From contig NW_004797279.1 in the NCBI RefSeq assembly GCF_000002075.1, forward strand, positions 126,826 through 190,825: a DNA stretch of 64,000 nucleotides. The letters are read 5' to 3'. Of the stretch, positions 33,601 through 47,300 are shown piece after piece. This stretch comes from Aplysia californica. Taxonomy: Eukaryota. The position numbers and the translations under genes were made by a program. The notes below the pieces were generated by a model. That model was not told the origin of the DNA. It ran no database searches and worked only from the letters and a program-made list of their open reading frames with translations. Numbering within the stretch: position 1 is the first letter of the stretch; each line of letters begins with the position of its first letter.

Positions 33601-35974
33601 CTCTTGTCTGAAATCTTTAGAGCGCTGTGGCACCTCTGGCAACATAATTTTTATACTTCATTTTTACATCTAGATCTATCTGGAAAAAAATGTTAATATA
33701 GTTTGGCTTCCAAGCCATGTCGTCATTGATGGCAACCAGATCGTTGACCACGTTGCCAAAGAAAGAATCTCTAAAACTACCTGGGCAAAACAACTAGTAA
33801 AATCTCATTCTCTGACATGAAACCGGAAATAACCCCTCGCATCCTCGTGGTTCCAAAATTTTGGAACCAACACACAACATACCCGAAGGAGAGGAGGCCC
33901 CTTTTTTTGCTTGGCGTGCAACATTTCACTGTTCAACTCATTCTGACGGAATGTGTCTACTTTGACTATAATATACGTGTAAAATACGTCAAAAGTAGAA
34001 AATATCAACCGTTTTTTACTTCCGTTAATCCAAGGAAGATTTTGTTTTATTAAAGAAATTGGGATTATTTTATAAGATATAAAAATATACAGTTCTCGGT
34101 GTGCATATATACACGGATACTTAAATGCATAAATAAGTCTTTACCGTATTTACAAAGATTCCTATAAATGTCTGTCCCGTCTTTTTTAAAATATATTTGC
34201 AGCTATAATACTTGTTGGCATTTACATGAGCGAAATTGAGTCTATAGTACCGTAAAATACCTTAATTTTCTGACCACTTACAACCTATACCAAGATTTAA
34301 ACTGCATTTATAAAATGGAACATTTTGGGCGTACATTGTTAGAGCCCGGAGCCGATCTGTAGAACGGACTAGACTTTGGTTCATTACATTTATTTTGATC
34401 CGGACGTGTTATCGCATTCTGCAGGCATTTACAGATAGAAAACTACGGAGACGCATGGCAGCCTTTTGATGTGCTGCTGGCATCAACGGGACACGTGTCA
34501 GCCTTCTGATGTGCTGCTGGTCATGATTTTTTTTTTCCTCCATACACACTATCGTGACCTTGGAGAACCAAAAGCGTCTGATTTTTTTTAGAATGGACTG
34601 TGCCTAAAATATGATAGCTTTTTCCCCTACTTGAAAGAAAATCTAACCGCATGCACAAGGATCCAATTAAACAGAACCTGCTCTAACGGTCACCTGTCCA
34701 AAATAATCGCATGAATAAACTTGTTTCCGCCCCCGCCCCCCCCCCCTTTCTACGTTTTCCCGATTCTGACACTAAGTCTTCCACTTGTCTTTTGTTCTCG
34801 ACCATGTGTAGCCATCTTGGACGTTTTCGACTGTACTGTCAAATTGGGTTTCGACGTACATATTATATGTGCAGTGGATCTGTGGGTAAACGGTCTCCAA
34901 AATGTCCCCAGAGACGAGCGTCCGCCGACGTGGACTTCTACCTTAACTGGGCGGACTATAAGTACGGCTTTGGGGATGTCTACGGCAACTTTTGGCTCGG
35001 CCTGGAGAAAGTCCACCAATTGACGTTCAAGGAAAGTATTGTTGTCGTTGTCGTTAACATGTTTAGGGTTCCATTCAGTTTGAAGGATGAGAATGGAGAA
35101 TGAAGAATGAGAATGGATTCCTTTTGTTGTGTCTTTAGGCCATTCCCAAAGGGGGGACATTAACTTTTTTCACAGTAGAATTGTAAATGGGCAGATTCAA
35201 CAATGTCGTGCTCATAACTGTGCCTGAACTGGAACCGGGAACTGCTGCTTTTTTCTTAATCCTTACTATCGTCAATTTTCCTCTTACTTCTTTTTATGTA
35301 TGTTACATGCGTGTGACCCACTATTGTTACATTTTTGTGACCCATTATCTCCGGGGTGCCTCGATAGTCGAAGCAGACTTTGAGCTGTTAAAGGTAGATA
35401 GGTGAGCAGGCTAGAGAGGTGAGCAGAGTATGTCTGATTCCCTGTAAAGACTTCTCTGGTGACATCCACCACCCCTTGGCGCTCATGTGATTTTTTTTTT
35501 TTTAATGCAGTTGCAAGCACCTCTTCTTAAACAAACAGATTTGTTTTAGGTTAAAACAGTAATTGACATTCATTTTTGTCGTTTTTTTTAATTTAACAGA
35601 GACGGTACGAACTGAGGATTGATATCACTTTCAACGGACAGGACTATTATGCTAACTACGATAACTTCACTCTCTTTGGAGAGGCGGAGAACTACAGAAT
35701 CCGGGTATCTGGATATTCGGGAAATTCATCTGATGGACTCACCTACCACAATGACCAGCCTTTCACAACCAAAGACCGCGACAACGATGCGAAAAGTTCC
35801 AACAACTGCGCCGTGGAGTACCACGGTGCTTGGTGGTACAAGGCCTGCCACGACTCCAACCTCAACGGCAAATGGGGAAGTCAGGAATACGGCGAGGGCT
35901 TGGTATGGGGCACCACCACCGGCGATTACGATTCGGCGACTTTTTCTGAAATGAAGATTCGACCCCTTGATTGA
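30686..35974 (+). CDS. Secreted fibrinogen C-terminal domain protein (FReD; ficolin/tachylectin-5/MFAP4-like), ~242 aa
   Basis: Exons 30686-30752 (signal peptide MAPSYNILTLIGPLCLMLISGT), 32428-32477, 33145-33261 (..VVCDTVTDNGGWVVMQ), 34912-35031 (RRASADVDFYLNWADYKYGFG..FWLGLEKVHQLT), 35600-35974 (YELRIDI..FTTKDRDND..NCAVEYHGAWWYKACHDSNLNG..EMKIRPLD*). Phases consistent; the last donor reads GA. Confidence 0.92.
31804..32165 (+). mobile_element. Non-autonomous retroposon (family D) with Nimb-type tail; second copy at ~35150-35520
   Basis: Two ~360-bp homologous copies in introns 1 and 4 of the FReD gene. This copy ends GCGCTCATATGACCTTATGCAGTTGTGAGCGCCGTAAAAC + (CTAAAA)n. Confidence 0.75.
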
Positions 35975-36864
35975 GACGGAACTCGTCAGACACGCCGTGA
36001 TGACCATGTTTCTTTTCTGGACGCTCAAAAGAATATCTTAGAAAAATACGGATAAAAAGGGTTCATTAATTAAAATTAAAATGTATTCCCCTGCTTTCTT
36101 TGTTACTTTTGTCTTATTCCCATTCTCGGTAATAACTCTGTTCCCACTGTCTGCAAAACATGCTTTCTTGACGCAGGAACATAGATCTTGATGTTTGAAG
36201 AGAAATTTCCTCTTGGTGGTACCTGTTCTATTCTAGGAGCACACACTTGGACAAACTGAAGAAGTTGACGGTTTCCATGGGTCAAGCAGTGCGAAAGAGG
36301 GGATGGGGTGAGTTGGATAGATGAGGAGCGAGGGCAGGGGTGTGAGATGAGGACATTCTACTGCTACCTCCACAAGTTCAGTCTGAGTGACTATTCTCGT
36401 CTTTCAAGAAATGTTCACTCCTTGTCCAGTGTCTTTTTTTTTTTACGGCGCTCTTACTGTTCAGTGTTTGAAAGTAACCATTTGAAAATTACACGATGTA
36501 GCCTATAGTTATTATTTACATCATCTTAAAAATTTCCATAGCGATTTTGGAGGCAGACTTCTTGGACTTTGCCAGTCATGGCCAACCCAGGATGAGTGCG
36601 GTACAAACTCTTGTGTATTGTATATAAAATACGGCATGTACATGTATATAGCGCAATTCCATAATTTACAATGCCTAATACGCTTTACAAGACATTAATG
36701 GCCTAATAGCCGATAATTGCTTAAAATTCATACATTCACGAACACGAGAATGTAAATGACAAATGAATAAAATAATACTTTAGAAATCTGGACCATGCAT
36801 TTGGTAAACGATCCCAAGAAAGATACTATTACAACATAAATTGAGTGGATTGCACCTTGCGTAA

Positions 36865-37535
36865 GGCGGACCCTCCATAGGCGGCACATGACTTGTCGGC
36901 ACGTGCCGTGCCACAGGCTAATACCCCCTCCTTCCATAGACCATACCACAACACAACACAACACATCACAACACAACACATCACAACCATGGATTCGTCT
37001 GATGAAGATACTCTGATCATGTTAGCAATTCTAAATGATCGGGAAAAAGAGGGAAAAGCGGATCATGTGTTGCAGAGAATATTTTCTATTGAGGAGTAGT
37101 AGAGGAGAGTTTCATCGAACTTTCAGCTCCTTGATGAGACTTAAAGATGAGATATTGTTTTCAGAAACGTTACACTACACATTGAAATTTTAAAAAAGTG
37201 AAACTCACCTGCTGGTAGACATTTACTGTCAATATATTCCCAGACTTGTTTTCTTTGATCTTTGTTGTAATACTCCGGGTTTTGGGGGTCCCAAAGAAGC
37301 GGTCGGTCTCTCACAAGTTCAATAATTTCTTTCTTGTAGCCATCCATTTTGGCAGCACACTACACAAAAAACGAGCAATGCTGCAAAGCAAGGCACGCAA
37401 TGTTTCGTCGTGGCTGTCGTGCCGTCAATGGAGTGTGCAACTCTAAATGGTTGTGTTTAATTTAATTTCGCACGCGTGCCATGTGCTGTGTGCTATATGT
37501 GCCGCGTGCCGTGTGCCGTCTATGGAGGTTCTGCC
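36865..37535. mobile_element. Internally deleted PIF/Harbinger DNA transposon
   Basis: TAA TSD (36862-36864 / 37536-37538). TIRs GGCGGACCCTCCATAG / CTATGGAGGTTCTGCC. Minus-strand first exon of a MADF/Myb-like protein (37347-37209, MDGYKKEIIELVRDRPLLWDPQNPEYYNKDQRKQVW). Plus-strand decayed transposase N-terminus (MDSSDEDTLIMLAIL..RGEFH). Confidence 0.88.
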
Positions 37536-38368
37536 TAAAACAAATGCATCACATTTTCTAAAATAATACTAACAATACCATTATGTACACAGTGGGAACG
37601 AAGGAGGCGAATGAAATTTTAAGGGCAGACCGTTGCTATCCGGTTTGAACCCCAGGCCTTTGAATGAGAAGCGAACTTTAACCTCTTGGTCACGAGAGGT
37701 GTGTTGTTGTTGTTGTTGTTGTTTTTTTTTTTTTTAACATACCTTCCTCAAAGAAAGAATACAGCATTGATGGGTGAATTCGATTGATGAAGGTACTAAC
37801 TGAATTTTGAACTAAATTATTTGTCCATGGTCCAAATTCTTCTCATCTCATTTAAATAAGTTTTACGGCTATATGTTCCAGAAACAATGAAAAACCGTTC
37901 AAATCGTTTTCGTAACTGTGACCATTTAATTTATGGTGGTATTGTAAAGAAATAATAGACACAATGGGTAGAGAGCTTGGACACTGCAAGGCCACGAAAT
38001 GTATAGGTTTTGATTCCCCTTGGAGTATGAATGCTTTTTTTAATTTTCAGTAGAATGTGTCCAGTGTCGGAAATGGCATGGCTGCTCTTGGGCAACTTTC
38101 TTCCTGGTGTGTCTATAATAATAGAGTGACAAAATTAATCGAACGATACAATGCACAACAAAAGACGCAAACATCTGTTTCTGTTTAATTTATTTAATTT
38201 CATTTTTTTATTTACTTGATGTAAAAGAACAACAACGATGAGAAAATACTAGCTGACAATAACGATGTTTTTTAAAATACGGTACAAATTTCAAAAGGCA
38301 AAAAATGTGAGGTGTTATCGTGTGCTTCCCAAAGATGACCAGCTGCAACTCATCTCAAGTAGCAAGAG

Positions 38369-41300
38369 TCAGTCAATCAGCAGGCCTAGGACATGAGAAA
38401 AAATAAGCTGTGTGGAGCAAATTAAACATTAATACAACGCTATAAATAAACATGTATTTGGACAGTGGAAATCAGAACATGACAACGAGGAATACAGACA
38501 CAGGAAGTGACAATGAGTACAAAGAGGCATTAGGAAATTTCGAGTTGCGTATCTTGTAAACTTCTAAACACAAAAGAGTTATTACTTGCCACGAAGCACT
38601 ATACAAACCATCAACATATTCATAACAAAAAACAATAACATGATCGACGAAGTGTTGCAAAATAATAAATAAAACCCACTTCTCAACCACTTGAGTTTAA
38701 AAGGTAGATTTATCAGTAATAACATCCGGATAATAAAAACCCAGTATGGCTACAAGTTACATTAAAATAACCATTTCAATGATGAACTTACTGTTATTGC
38801 TTCCGTTCTTTTTCTTCTCTTCTGCTGGCGCACGGCCTTCACTTACAAGGAAAGTAAAATAGTACTGCAGTACAAATACATGTCCGTTTCGCCTTTGACA
38901 ATTAATCTCCTCTTCAAGTCAAGAAAAACGTAGACTTCAAAATTATCATCTTCAGCCTCATCAAGCCATGCATTCCCTTTACGATTTCTTTTTGATGACC
39001 TCTCTACTGTACCCCAAAAGAGAATTCCATTGGCATAAGTCCTGCCTTCCCGGCCGTATTGTTTTCAAAGCTCCTCTTGGAGCAGAAAGGTTTGAAAGCC
39101 AAAGGTTTGAAAGCCAATGTCATTTATAACATAACCACTGGTGAAGTGACATTTACCTGACATGGCCGCAGTGAGAAAACACGCCATGACCCCAGAGAAG
39201 AGCGCCCGAGGAGCCACATCAATGACGTCACGTTTCCTATGTGACGTCACAGCAGTCAGGGCACCAACCATCATGCCCAGGGCGAGGAGGTCAGAGAACC
39301 CACACAAGGCGTACGTGGCGATGGTCGCTGACCGCTCCTGGGGGACAAAATACATTAAACAATGTATTTTAAAAAAAAAAAAAATAATAATAATAATAAT
39401 AGATAGCATTTGTATAGCGCATATCCCCGCTCAGCAGCAGGCTCTATGCGCTTTACACTATATTATTACCCCAGCAGACCATAGAACACTCAGAAACATT
39501 CTCAGCTTCCCGGGAAGCATACAGTGCAAGCAGCCGATTAAGCGCTCAAACACTAACAAACTGACAAGATCTTTCGCTGTCTATAGCCGGGTACCCATTC
39601 CCACCTGGGTGAAGTGAGGAAAATTCGTGTTAAGTGCCTTTCCCAAGGACACAACGTCGGGCCCTTGACAGGATTCGAACCCACGACCTTACGGTTGCGA
39701 GTCCGAGAGCCTAACCACTAGGCCACCGACGCCACAATTCTCATTGGAAAATAACAGCATCGCACACAGAACAACGGTGTTACTTGTGGGTCTTGGGATA
39801 GGGAGGGGAATGGGAGGCGGGCGGGAGGGGTGTATGAGGGTTCCCTGTTTTCAGGAGGGATATCAAATCATAGAAGGCAAGAGAAAGAGAGTGGGGGGGG
39901 GGGTAGGTTGCTAATTGGCAAATAAACAAAGAAAGAAAGCCAGACTAAGACAGAAAAGCAGGTAGTCGAATCAGTAGAAGAGAAAAATCAGAGAAGCATA
40001 CGATAGGACAGAGAAAAAAGCCAACAGAGATGAGTGAAACGTTGAAAAAAGAGACGGGCATAAAGACAAATAGGGGTAGATAGACACATAGAGACAGACA
40101 GGTGAAAGGAGACGGAAAGTAGAAAATATACAAGGGGGTAGAAAGAGGGGGGGGGTAGAAGGGGGGATAGAAAGGGGGGGTGAGAGAGAAGCGGGAAGAG
40201 AATTGGGGGCGGGGGGGGGGGGTTAGTGTAAATAACTGTAAAACTGTAAAGACCAGGGCAATGGGGTGTGACGGCAGAAGATATTCGGAGACGTCTCGTG
40301 GGAGCACCCAGGAACTATTCGGAGACACACTCCCGCACACAGCTGCACTGCTTTGGGAGGTCAAACTGCGTATCGTTTGCTGCAGATCACACATATAGCC
40401 ACTAAAACTGTCACAAATCAATTATTTTCTAGAAAATTTCAAACCCAAGTGCAAATTATCAAATAATGGGTTAAATCAGGGGGGTATGCCCCATTGTAAC
40501 CCCCAGATTTGTTTTACTTGGTCTAGAGGCACAAAGCATTTTGATTGGTCTATCTCCATCGGAGACATCTCCGAATATCTTCTGCCGTCACACCCCATTG
40601 ATACCTAGATACTAGGTTTATATATGGTAACGCACCGGATACATTAGGGTACTATTTCGTTAACCTTTTGTGGACACACACTCTGACTATTCGACAACAC
40701 TTGAAGACTCACTGTTTTGGGGTACTTAAATCTAAATAACTTCATTATTCATACATAATGATGATGCTTTTTTTATATGAAACTTTCTGACTTTTGTATC
40801 ATCTTTCAAGTGAGCCACAACATGGCCTTTGATTTTCTGTCGCATGTATGTGACCGTCAAGTCTTTAAAGAGTTGTTTTTTTAAAGGGTTATTTTTACCA
40901 TTGTGTTGTTGTATTGCCAGTGGGTAATTTGACTTCTGAAATAGTTCGACTACGGCCAACAACTGCTGGGTTTTTTAAAATTATATTATTGTAATAACTA
41001 AGCAGTTAAAACATACTTACAGACATTACACCACCTTTCAGGACGAGACCAGACATGTCCAGGATGACGTCATCAGTTTGTGTCCACGACCAAGTTGCAT
41101 TTGGCAAAACTGTTGTGTAGTTCAAGAGAGCTACGTTGTTAGAGCGTACCTGGAAGGAGCAAGTTGTTGAATACATGAGAACCTCCATACAGAAGTACCA
41201 CACAAGGCCAATATGGTCGTTCATTCCGAGACTTGCAAACGAGAACGTACAACGGGAACTAATTTCTTAACTTTTCTGCTGACTAATGAGGAAATAGGGG

Positions 41301-44300
41301 GTGCCAACTGGCACGACCGGTTTGGTTCGGTTCGGTTTGGTAGGCGGGGCTAGCCAGATGCAGGGCGCAAAGCGACCATTGTGGCACAATCCGATCGCAC
41401 GACTCGCAGCCTCAAAAACATACGCGTTTATTTTCAGGCCGCGAATTGGGCGCTCGGTTTGTCGATCCCTCAAGGGACACTGGGTATACCAGACAGATGA
41501 AGTGCGGGGACTCAAAGGTCTCAACCAGCAAGATCATAGAGAATCTGGTACTGCCTTCAGAAAAGGTTTGTGCTTTATACATGTATGTGAGAGAGAAAGT
41601 GAGATTGAGAGAAAGAGAAACAGAAAAACTGTACTCGATTTTTTTTTAAAGACACTCAGACAAAAGGAAGAGGGGATACTAGTTATTAAACTGACTATTA
41701 AATTCAGTACCATTAATTTTTATGCGATAACTCTTTGAATTCTTTTACCAAAGACACTGCTGTACAGAGAGAACAGATCTAACGGCATGTGGTTCTGGCT
41801 TCTCAAAACCTCAAACAAGCAAACGTAAAGTAAAAAACTAGGACGTCTAAGCACAAAGACGGGCAACCAAAGTCTTGCTTGGAGCTGCTCTTACCTTGCC
41901 AAGGTCCTCAAAGGCAAGGAACTCATTCACAAACACCTTGACACCCAACATCCGGGCCACTACGCGACAGTCGTCCGGTACCACGCCCATCAGGAAGGCC
42001 ACTGGCCACAATAAGTAAGAGCTGATGAACTGTGGGTACGTAAGGTTACAACATTTAAAACTTAGAACACATAGGTTCTTTCGAAATGCCCACATAGGTA
42101 TCCCCCTTCCCATGGTGCGATTAAATAGTGTTGACTTCAGGGGCAACTCCGAAAATTGGTTATCACACATTCAAACATATCCCTACCTTCATTCCTCTTC
42201 CCTTTCTATGCATCCCGATACACAAGTTGTACTGTAATAGTAACGTAGTCAGAATCAATCTCTTCATTTTGTGGCCCTGAGGGCAATTTCCAGCCACGTG
42301 TCAAGCAGATTTTATTTTTATATCTTTAAAGCTCTGTTATCAATTAAAGTTATTTGGCTCGCCGTACTCTTTGTTAAAGGTGTATGTTCCCCGCAAGGAA
42401 TTAGACAAGTCCTATTTACCTGGTTTGTAAACAGCCCGTAGATTGCCTGAAACTTTCGCAGCCTCCAAATCATTATATATGCGTGGGTCACTTGACACAA
42501 TCTCTGACAAAAGCACTTTGTAAAAGGAAATGGGTGGACTGTAACATGAAATGCCTCACAACAGCTGCACTGATAACGGGGAGAGACGAAATCTGACGAG
42601 AAACCGTGATCAAGAGAGATGTCACTTTACATTAGAGGGCAGTATTCTGCGTAACATCCCGTTCAAACGCAAACAGCAGAGAGATCTGGCATGATAAAAT
42701 AAGACACAAATGACATGTTTAGAAACTCAATGCAGAAGAAATAGATCTAGTCCTTTTACATAAATATGTTATCCTCCCCATCCCTTATTTTTAAAAGTTT
42801 TAAATCGTTTGATCTTCCAAAAGAAATCATACGATCCTCCAAATGAAATCGCATGAAATTCCAAATGGAAGACTCACATATGACTTCACAATAACTTATT
42901 TGAAAACTCCACGATATTCAGTCACTCAACAGCAATCCCTTGTAATCGAGCTGATGTACCTGAAATGAGAGCACCGGGTAGTTTGGCGGTGCGATGCCGA
43001 CCCGCGCTCCGAGCCAGGCCAGGGTATCGTTGATGAAGTCCAAGATGGAGAGGAAGGCTATGGCATGGACCAGGATGTAGGCGATGAGAGGTATGGCACT
43101 CACGGCCCCGGCAGAGGCCGCCTCGATCACACCACTTGTTGATCTGAGATATGAGTGAAAGTTGTGGGTACGGTTTCTTTTGTCAAATTTGGTATTTTCG
43201 GGTGCGTGTGTGTTTTAAAGGATTGCTGTACAATGAATGGGCAGGAATGCATAGAACGTGCCAATGTGTATGCAGTCGAAATTTTACTGTACATGTATTG
43301 TGAAGCGCCCACAGGCATCAGGAACAGGGCCAATAGAATGTTTTTTTAGAACGGAAACCCCGGGATGGGGAACCACATCTTCAATAATCATTATGTTCCT
43401 CGCTAATAGCATCTATTCTAAAGACGTTCTTGACCATTAAAGCGTCGTGAGGAAAATATTTAGCTGTCTGCCCAGGATTTCGATAGAGTTAATTAATTAA
43501 AGGCAATAAAGTCGAAATCATCCAAGACGGCCACCCATTGTCGAGGAAAAGAGTGGTTTGCATAGACAGGTGGACGTGAATTATAATTCATAAAAAAGCA
43601 GGGACGTGAGAAATGGTCGTCTGTGCAGGTGATATTATCTTGGACAGATGGCCGTTTAAGCAGGTTCGACAGTAGATCTTTATATTATAATCGGAGTGTG
43701 CAGATTTTAATGTTTCCCTTTATACCAAATCCGTTACTCTTCAACGAGTCATCATTCAGTTTTGACCCATCTAACATGGACCAAACCCACCAGGACCCAC
43801 CTGGGTATAACCGGCGCCTTCTGTTTTCGTCGACCTGGAACATTCTCTGGGTAGAACAGTTTTCCCATCGCCAGAGCAGCAGGGGCAGACATAAAAGAGG
43901 CAGAGATCAGGTGGTTGGCTGGCGCCTGTAAGGTGGTGCAAAGTGCAAGGGGGCAAAGGCGGGAGGGGATGTCACTAATGTCAGGGTTTGATAATATGTT
44001 GATTGGACGTGTTACTATCGCCATGAGACTAATCATGGCGTTTTTTGTTCTGTTTGTGACCCCCACCACTCAGCGGTGGCAAAGAATAAAGCACAATTGC
44101 ATAGTGTTTATAGGTCTTTTATGAATATCACCCATTTACTGTGATGATATAGGTAGATATAACTTATTATTTCTGAATAAACTTCGAAAATGCATCACTT
44201 TTTCAAAATTACCTGTAGATCTATTCATCTTCTGAGAACATGTTTACCTCAAGCATCATTCTAAAATAGCCCTTCAAGTAAACAGATTGGCAGACAAATC

Positions 44301-47300
44301 GACTGGACGCGCCATTAATTCCTGTGCTTTAGAAACCTGTCATCTTTTTGCATGGGGGGGGGGGCGCTTACCCCATAGAGTATATAGGCGGCCATCGCGC
44401 CACCGGAGACTGTGGAGAATCCATTGGTCATGATGGCGTGTAGCTCTGACTTGGTCATCTGGTCCAGCAGTGGTTTTACAACAGGGATTGTCTCCGCCTG
44501 AAAGAGGTCATAACGTAAAGTAGCCTAGTCAGTAATTGGGAGTTTCTATGCTCGTGCTCCGTCTTTTTATAATGCAATATAATATCAACTATTACAGAGA
44601 ACAAAAACTACAATTGTAGTATGCCTTAATGATTATGTGGTCACAAAAATGCCTTCATTCTTGATTTTATTGACTGTGTGTTGTTGTCATTTCAATACTT
44701 ATGTGACTGCAAGTGACGTAATGTTGTTGATGATGTTTTTGCTTTGGGAATGGCCTTATTACCTATGCTTATGTGCTTCTTCTTCCTTCACCCCCTTCTT
44801 TTTCTCCTCCACCCACCCCCCTTCCCACAACAAACAAAATGCTTTCTTTCTCCTTGTTCTCCTCGGAGTCTTTCTCCTCCTGCCCAATGAACAACGAACT
44901 ACACAAGTGCGTGGTGGTGGGGGGGGGGGGGGGGTTGGCGGGTGCACTGATGTGGTTTGCTCCTTTTTTCCTATCAAACATCTATTGTCCTTATCTCTCC
45001 TCCCTCTTTGTGTTTGTTACTCTCTTTTTTTTTCTTTTTTTTTGGGGGGGGCGCTGCTCCTGCGGCGACAAGGTCGTGTTTGCATGGGTCCTGGAATTTT
45101 TGACAGGTAGACCACAATATGTGAAGCGAAACAACACAAAATCTGACACAATTCTTTGTAACACCGGCGGTCCTCAGGGGTGTGTTTTGTCACCAGTTTT
45201 GTATACTATATATACCAACGATCATAGAAGTATATATAAAACAACACGCTTAATTAAGTTTGCAGATGACTCCGCTATTATTGGATTAATAAACCATGAT
45301 GAAAAAGAGTATTTCGAAGAAATATGTAGGTTTTTTAAATGGTGCAACTCAAATTTTCCAAAAGTGAACCTCTCAAAAACAAATGAAATGATTTTTGATT
45401 TTAGAAGAGAAAAATCAACAATCCCACCACTCGTAATTGAACAAGAAACTATTGAAATCACGGATTCATGCAAATATCTTGGCCTTACAATAGACAACAA
45501 ATTTACATGGCAAAACCACGTAAACAATATCGTTAAAAAAGTAAATCAGAGGCTGTACTTTCTGAGGAAACTTAAGTCTTTCAATCTGAATCCATCCATC
45601 CTTCATTTTCTACACCACCACAATAGAAACTTTGATAAATTTTGGAATCACTTGCTATGGTAGCAATCTGGGAAGGCAACACATTATAAAACTAAATAAG
45701 TTGATAAAAAAGGCATCAAGAACAATTGGTAGAGACCTAAGTAACTTTGAATATCTGCACAAGACAAACGTTCTAAAAAAAGACGGAAATAATGCTTAGT
45801 GACCATAGCCACCCACTGACATCGGAATTTCAACTATCGACCCGCAGTAAACGATACATTTCCAAAAAAGCAAGAACAGACAGATATAGAAATTCATTCG
45901 TACCAACTGCAGTGAGGTTACTGANNNNNNNNNNNNNNNNNNNNNNNNNNNNNNNNNNNNNNNNNNNNNNNNNNNNNNNNNNNNNNNNNNNNNNNNNNNN
46001 NNNNNNNNNNNNNNNNNNNNNNNNNNNNNNNNNNNNNNNNNNNNNNNNNNNNNNNNNNNNNNNNNNNNNNNNNGTCCCAGCCCGTGAGACATGTTTTTAC
46101 TTGGCATAATGTCCTGTCTTGTTGTGCGTTTGCGTGAGTGCACCTTTAAGTCTAACTTTTGTAAGCCATTGTTAACGACCAAGACAAATTTCTCCCTGCG
46201 AGATGAATAAAGATTGTCATTGTCATTGTCATTGTCATTGTCTAATCTTCGTCACTTATATTACCTAACTGCACTGCAAGTGCCGTAAAACGCTTACTAA
46301 GAAAATAAAACGACCCACATGACACTTACCCATCCGACAAAGATGTTGAAAGCGGCGTGCAGCGTCTCCATAGGTCCTGTACCCAGACTGACCCTGATTA
46401 TGTGTGTGATGGCGTCAATGGCGATCTGCATGGCGCCCAGGTGGTAGAGCACGCTGATGGTAGAGCTGAACACAATGATGGTGGACATCACCTGGGTAGA
46501 CACACGTGTACAGGAACTCACGATAGTTGTTGATGGTGCTGGTTTTGGTGATGTCATTGTTGCTATTTGCTGTTGTTCTTATTGTTGTTGGTGGTNNNNN
46601 NNNNNNNNNNNNNNNNNNNNNNNNNNNNNNNNNNNNNNNNNNNNNNNNNNNNNNNNNNNNNNNNNNNNNNNNNNNNNNNNNNNNNNNNNNNNNNNNNNNN
46701 NNNNNNNNNNNNNNNNNNNNNNNNNNNNNNNNNCTGTCGTTAATGCGTCGTTATTTGGTTTTTGTGGAGGTCGAAGTGGCTTTAATTGTTATGGTTGATG
46801 ATGTAGCTATGAACATCCTGAAATGTAATGTCGTGTAAAACTTAGGCAAACATCTTCACCCAAAAAAGGGTGGGGCTACAGCTGTTTGTGGTGGATGTTT
46901 TTAATTGGCCATAGTGGTTTCGCTTCTTTTGTTTCAGCTGTTGTTTGTGTTGTGCATTGAGCCGGGGACGGTGGAACAAGTGATAGGTGGATAAATCGGA
47001 CAGTCAGTAGGCTTAGGAAAGTTGTTGTGATTATGTGTAAGAAGTGCTCGTCTTGCTTGAATTGGGTTTTGGGTTGTTGTTGCTTGTTGTTTTTGTGGAG
47101 GGTTTGGTTTGGGTTTTTTTGGGGGGGGGTGTGTTGGGTTTTTGTTTTTGTTTTTTGCCAGTTCATTTCTCAGTAACAATAATACAAAAGAAACACGAAG
47201 AAATATATATGAAAGGTGGATATAACGAATGAAGCGTCAACTGATTTACGCACCGGATACCACCCCCACCCCCAAAAAAAATAAATATTAAAATAAAATA

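Noticed and set aside
44773-45663. 296-aa ORF as a host gene
   Set aside because: The N-terminal part is low-complexity intron sequence and the rest is a truncated, frameshifted LINE reverse transcriptase.
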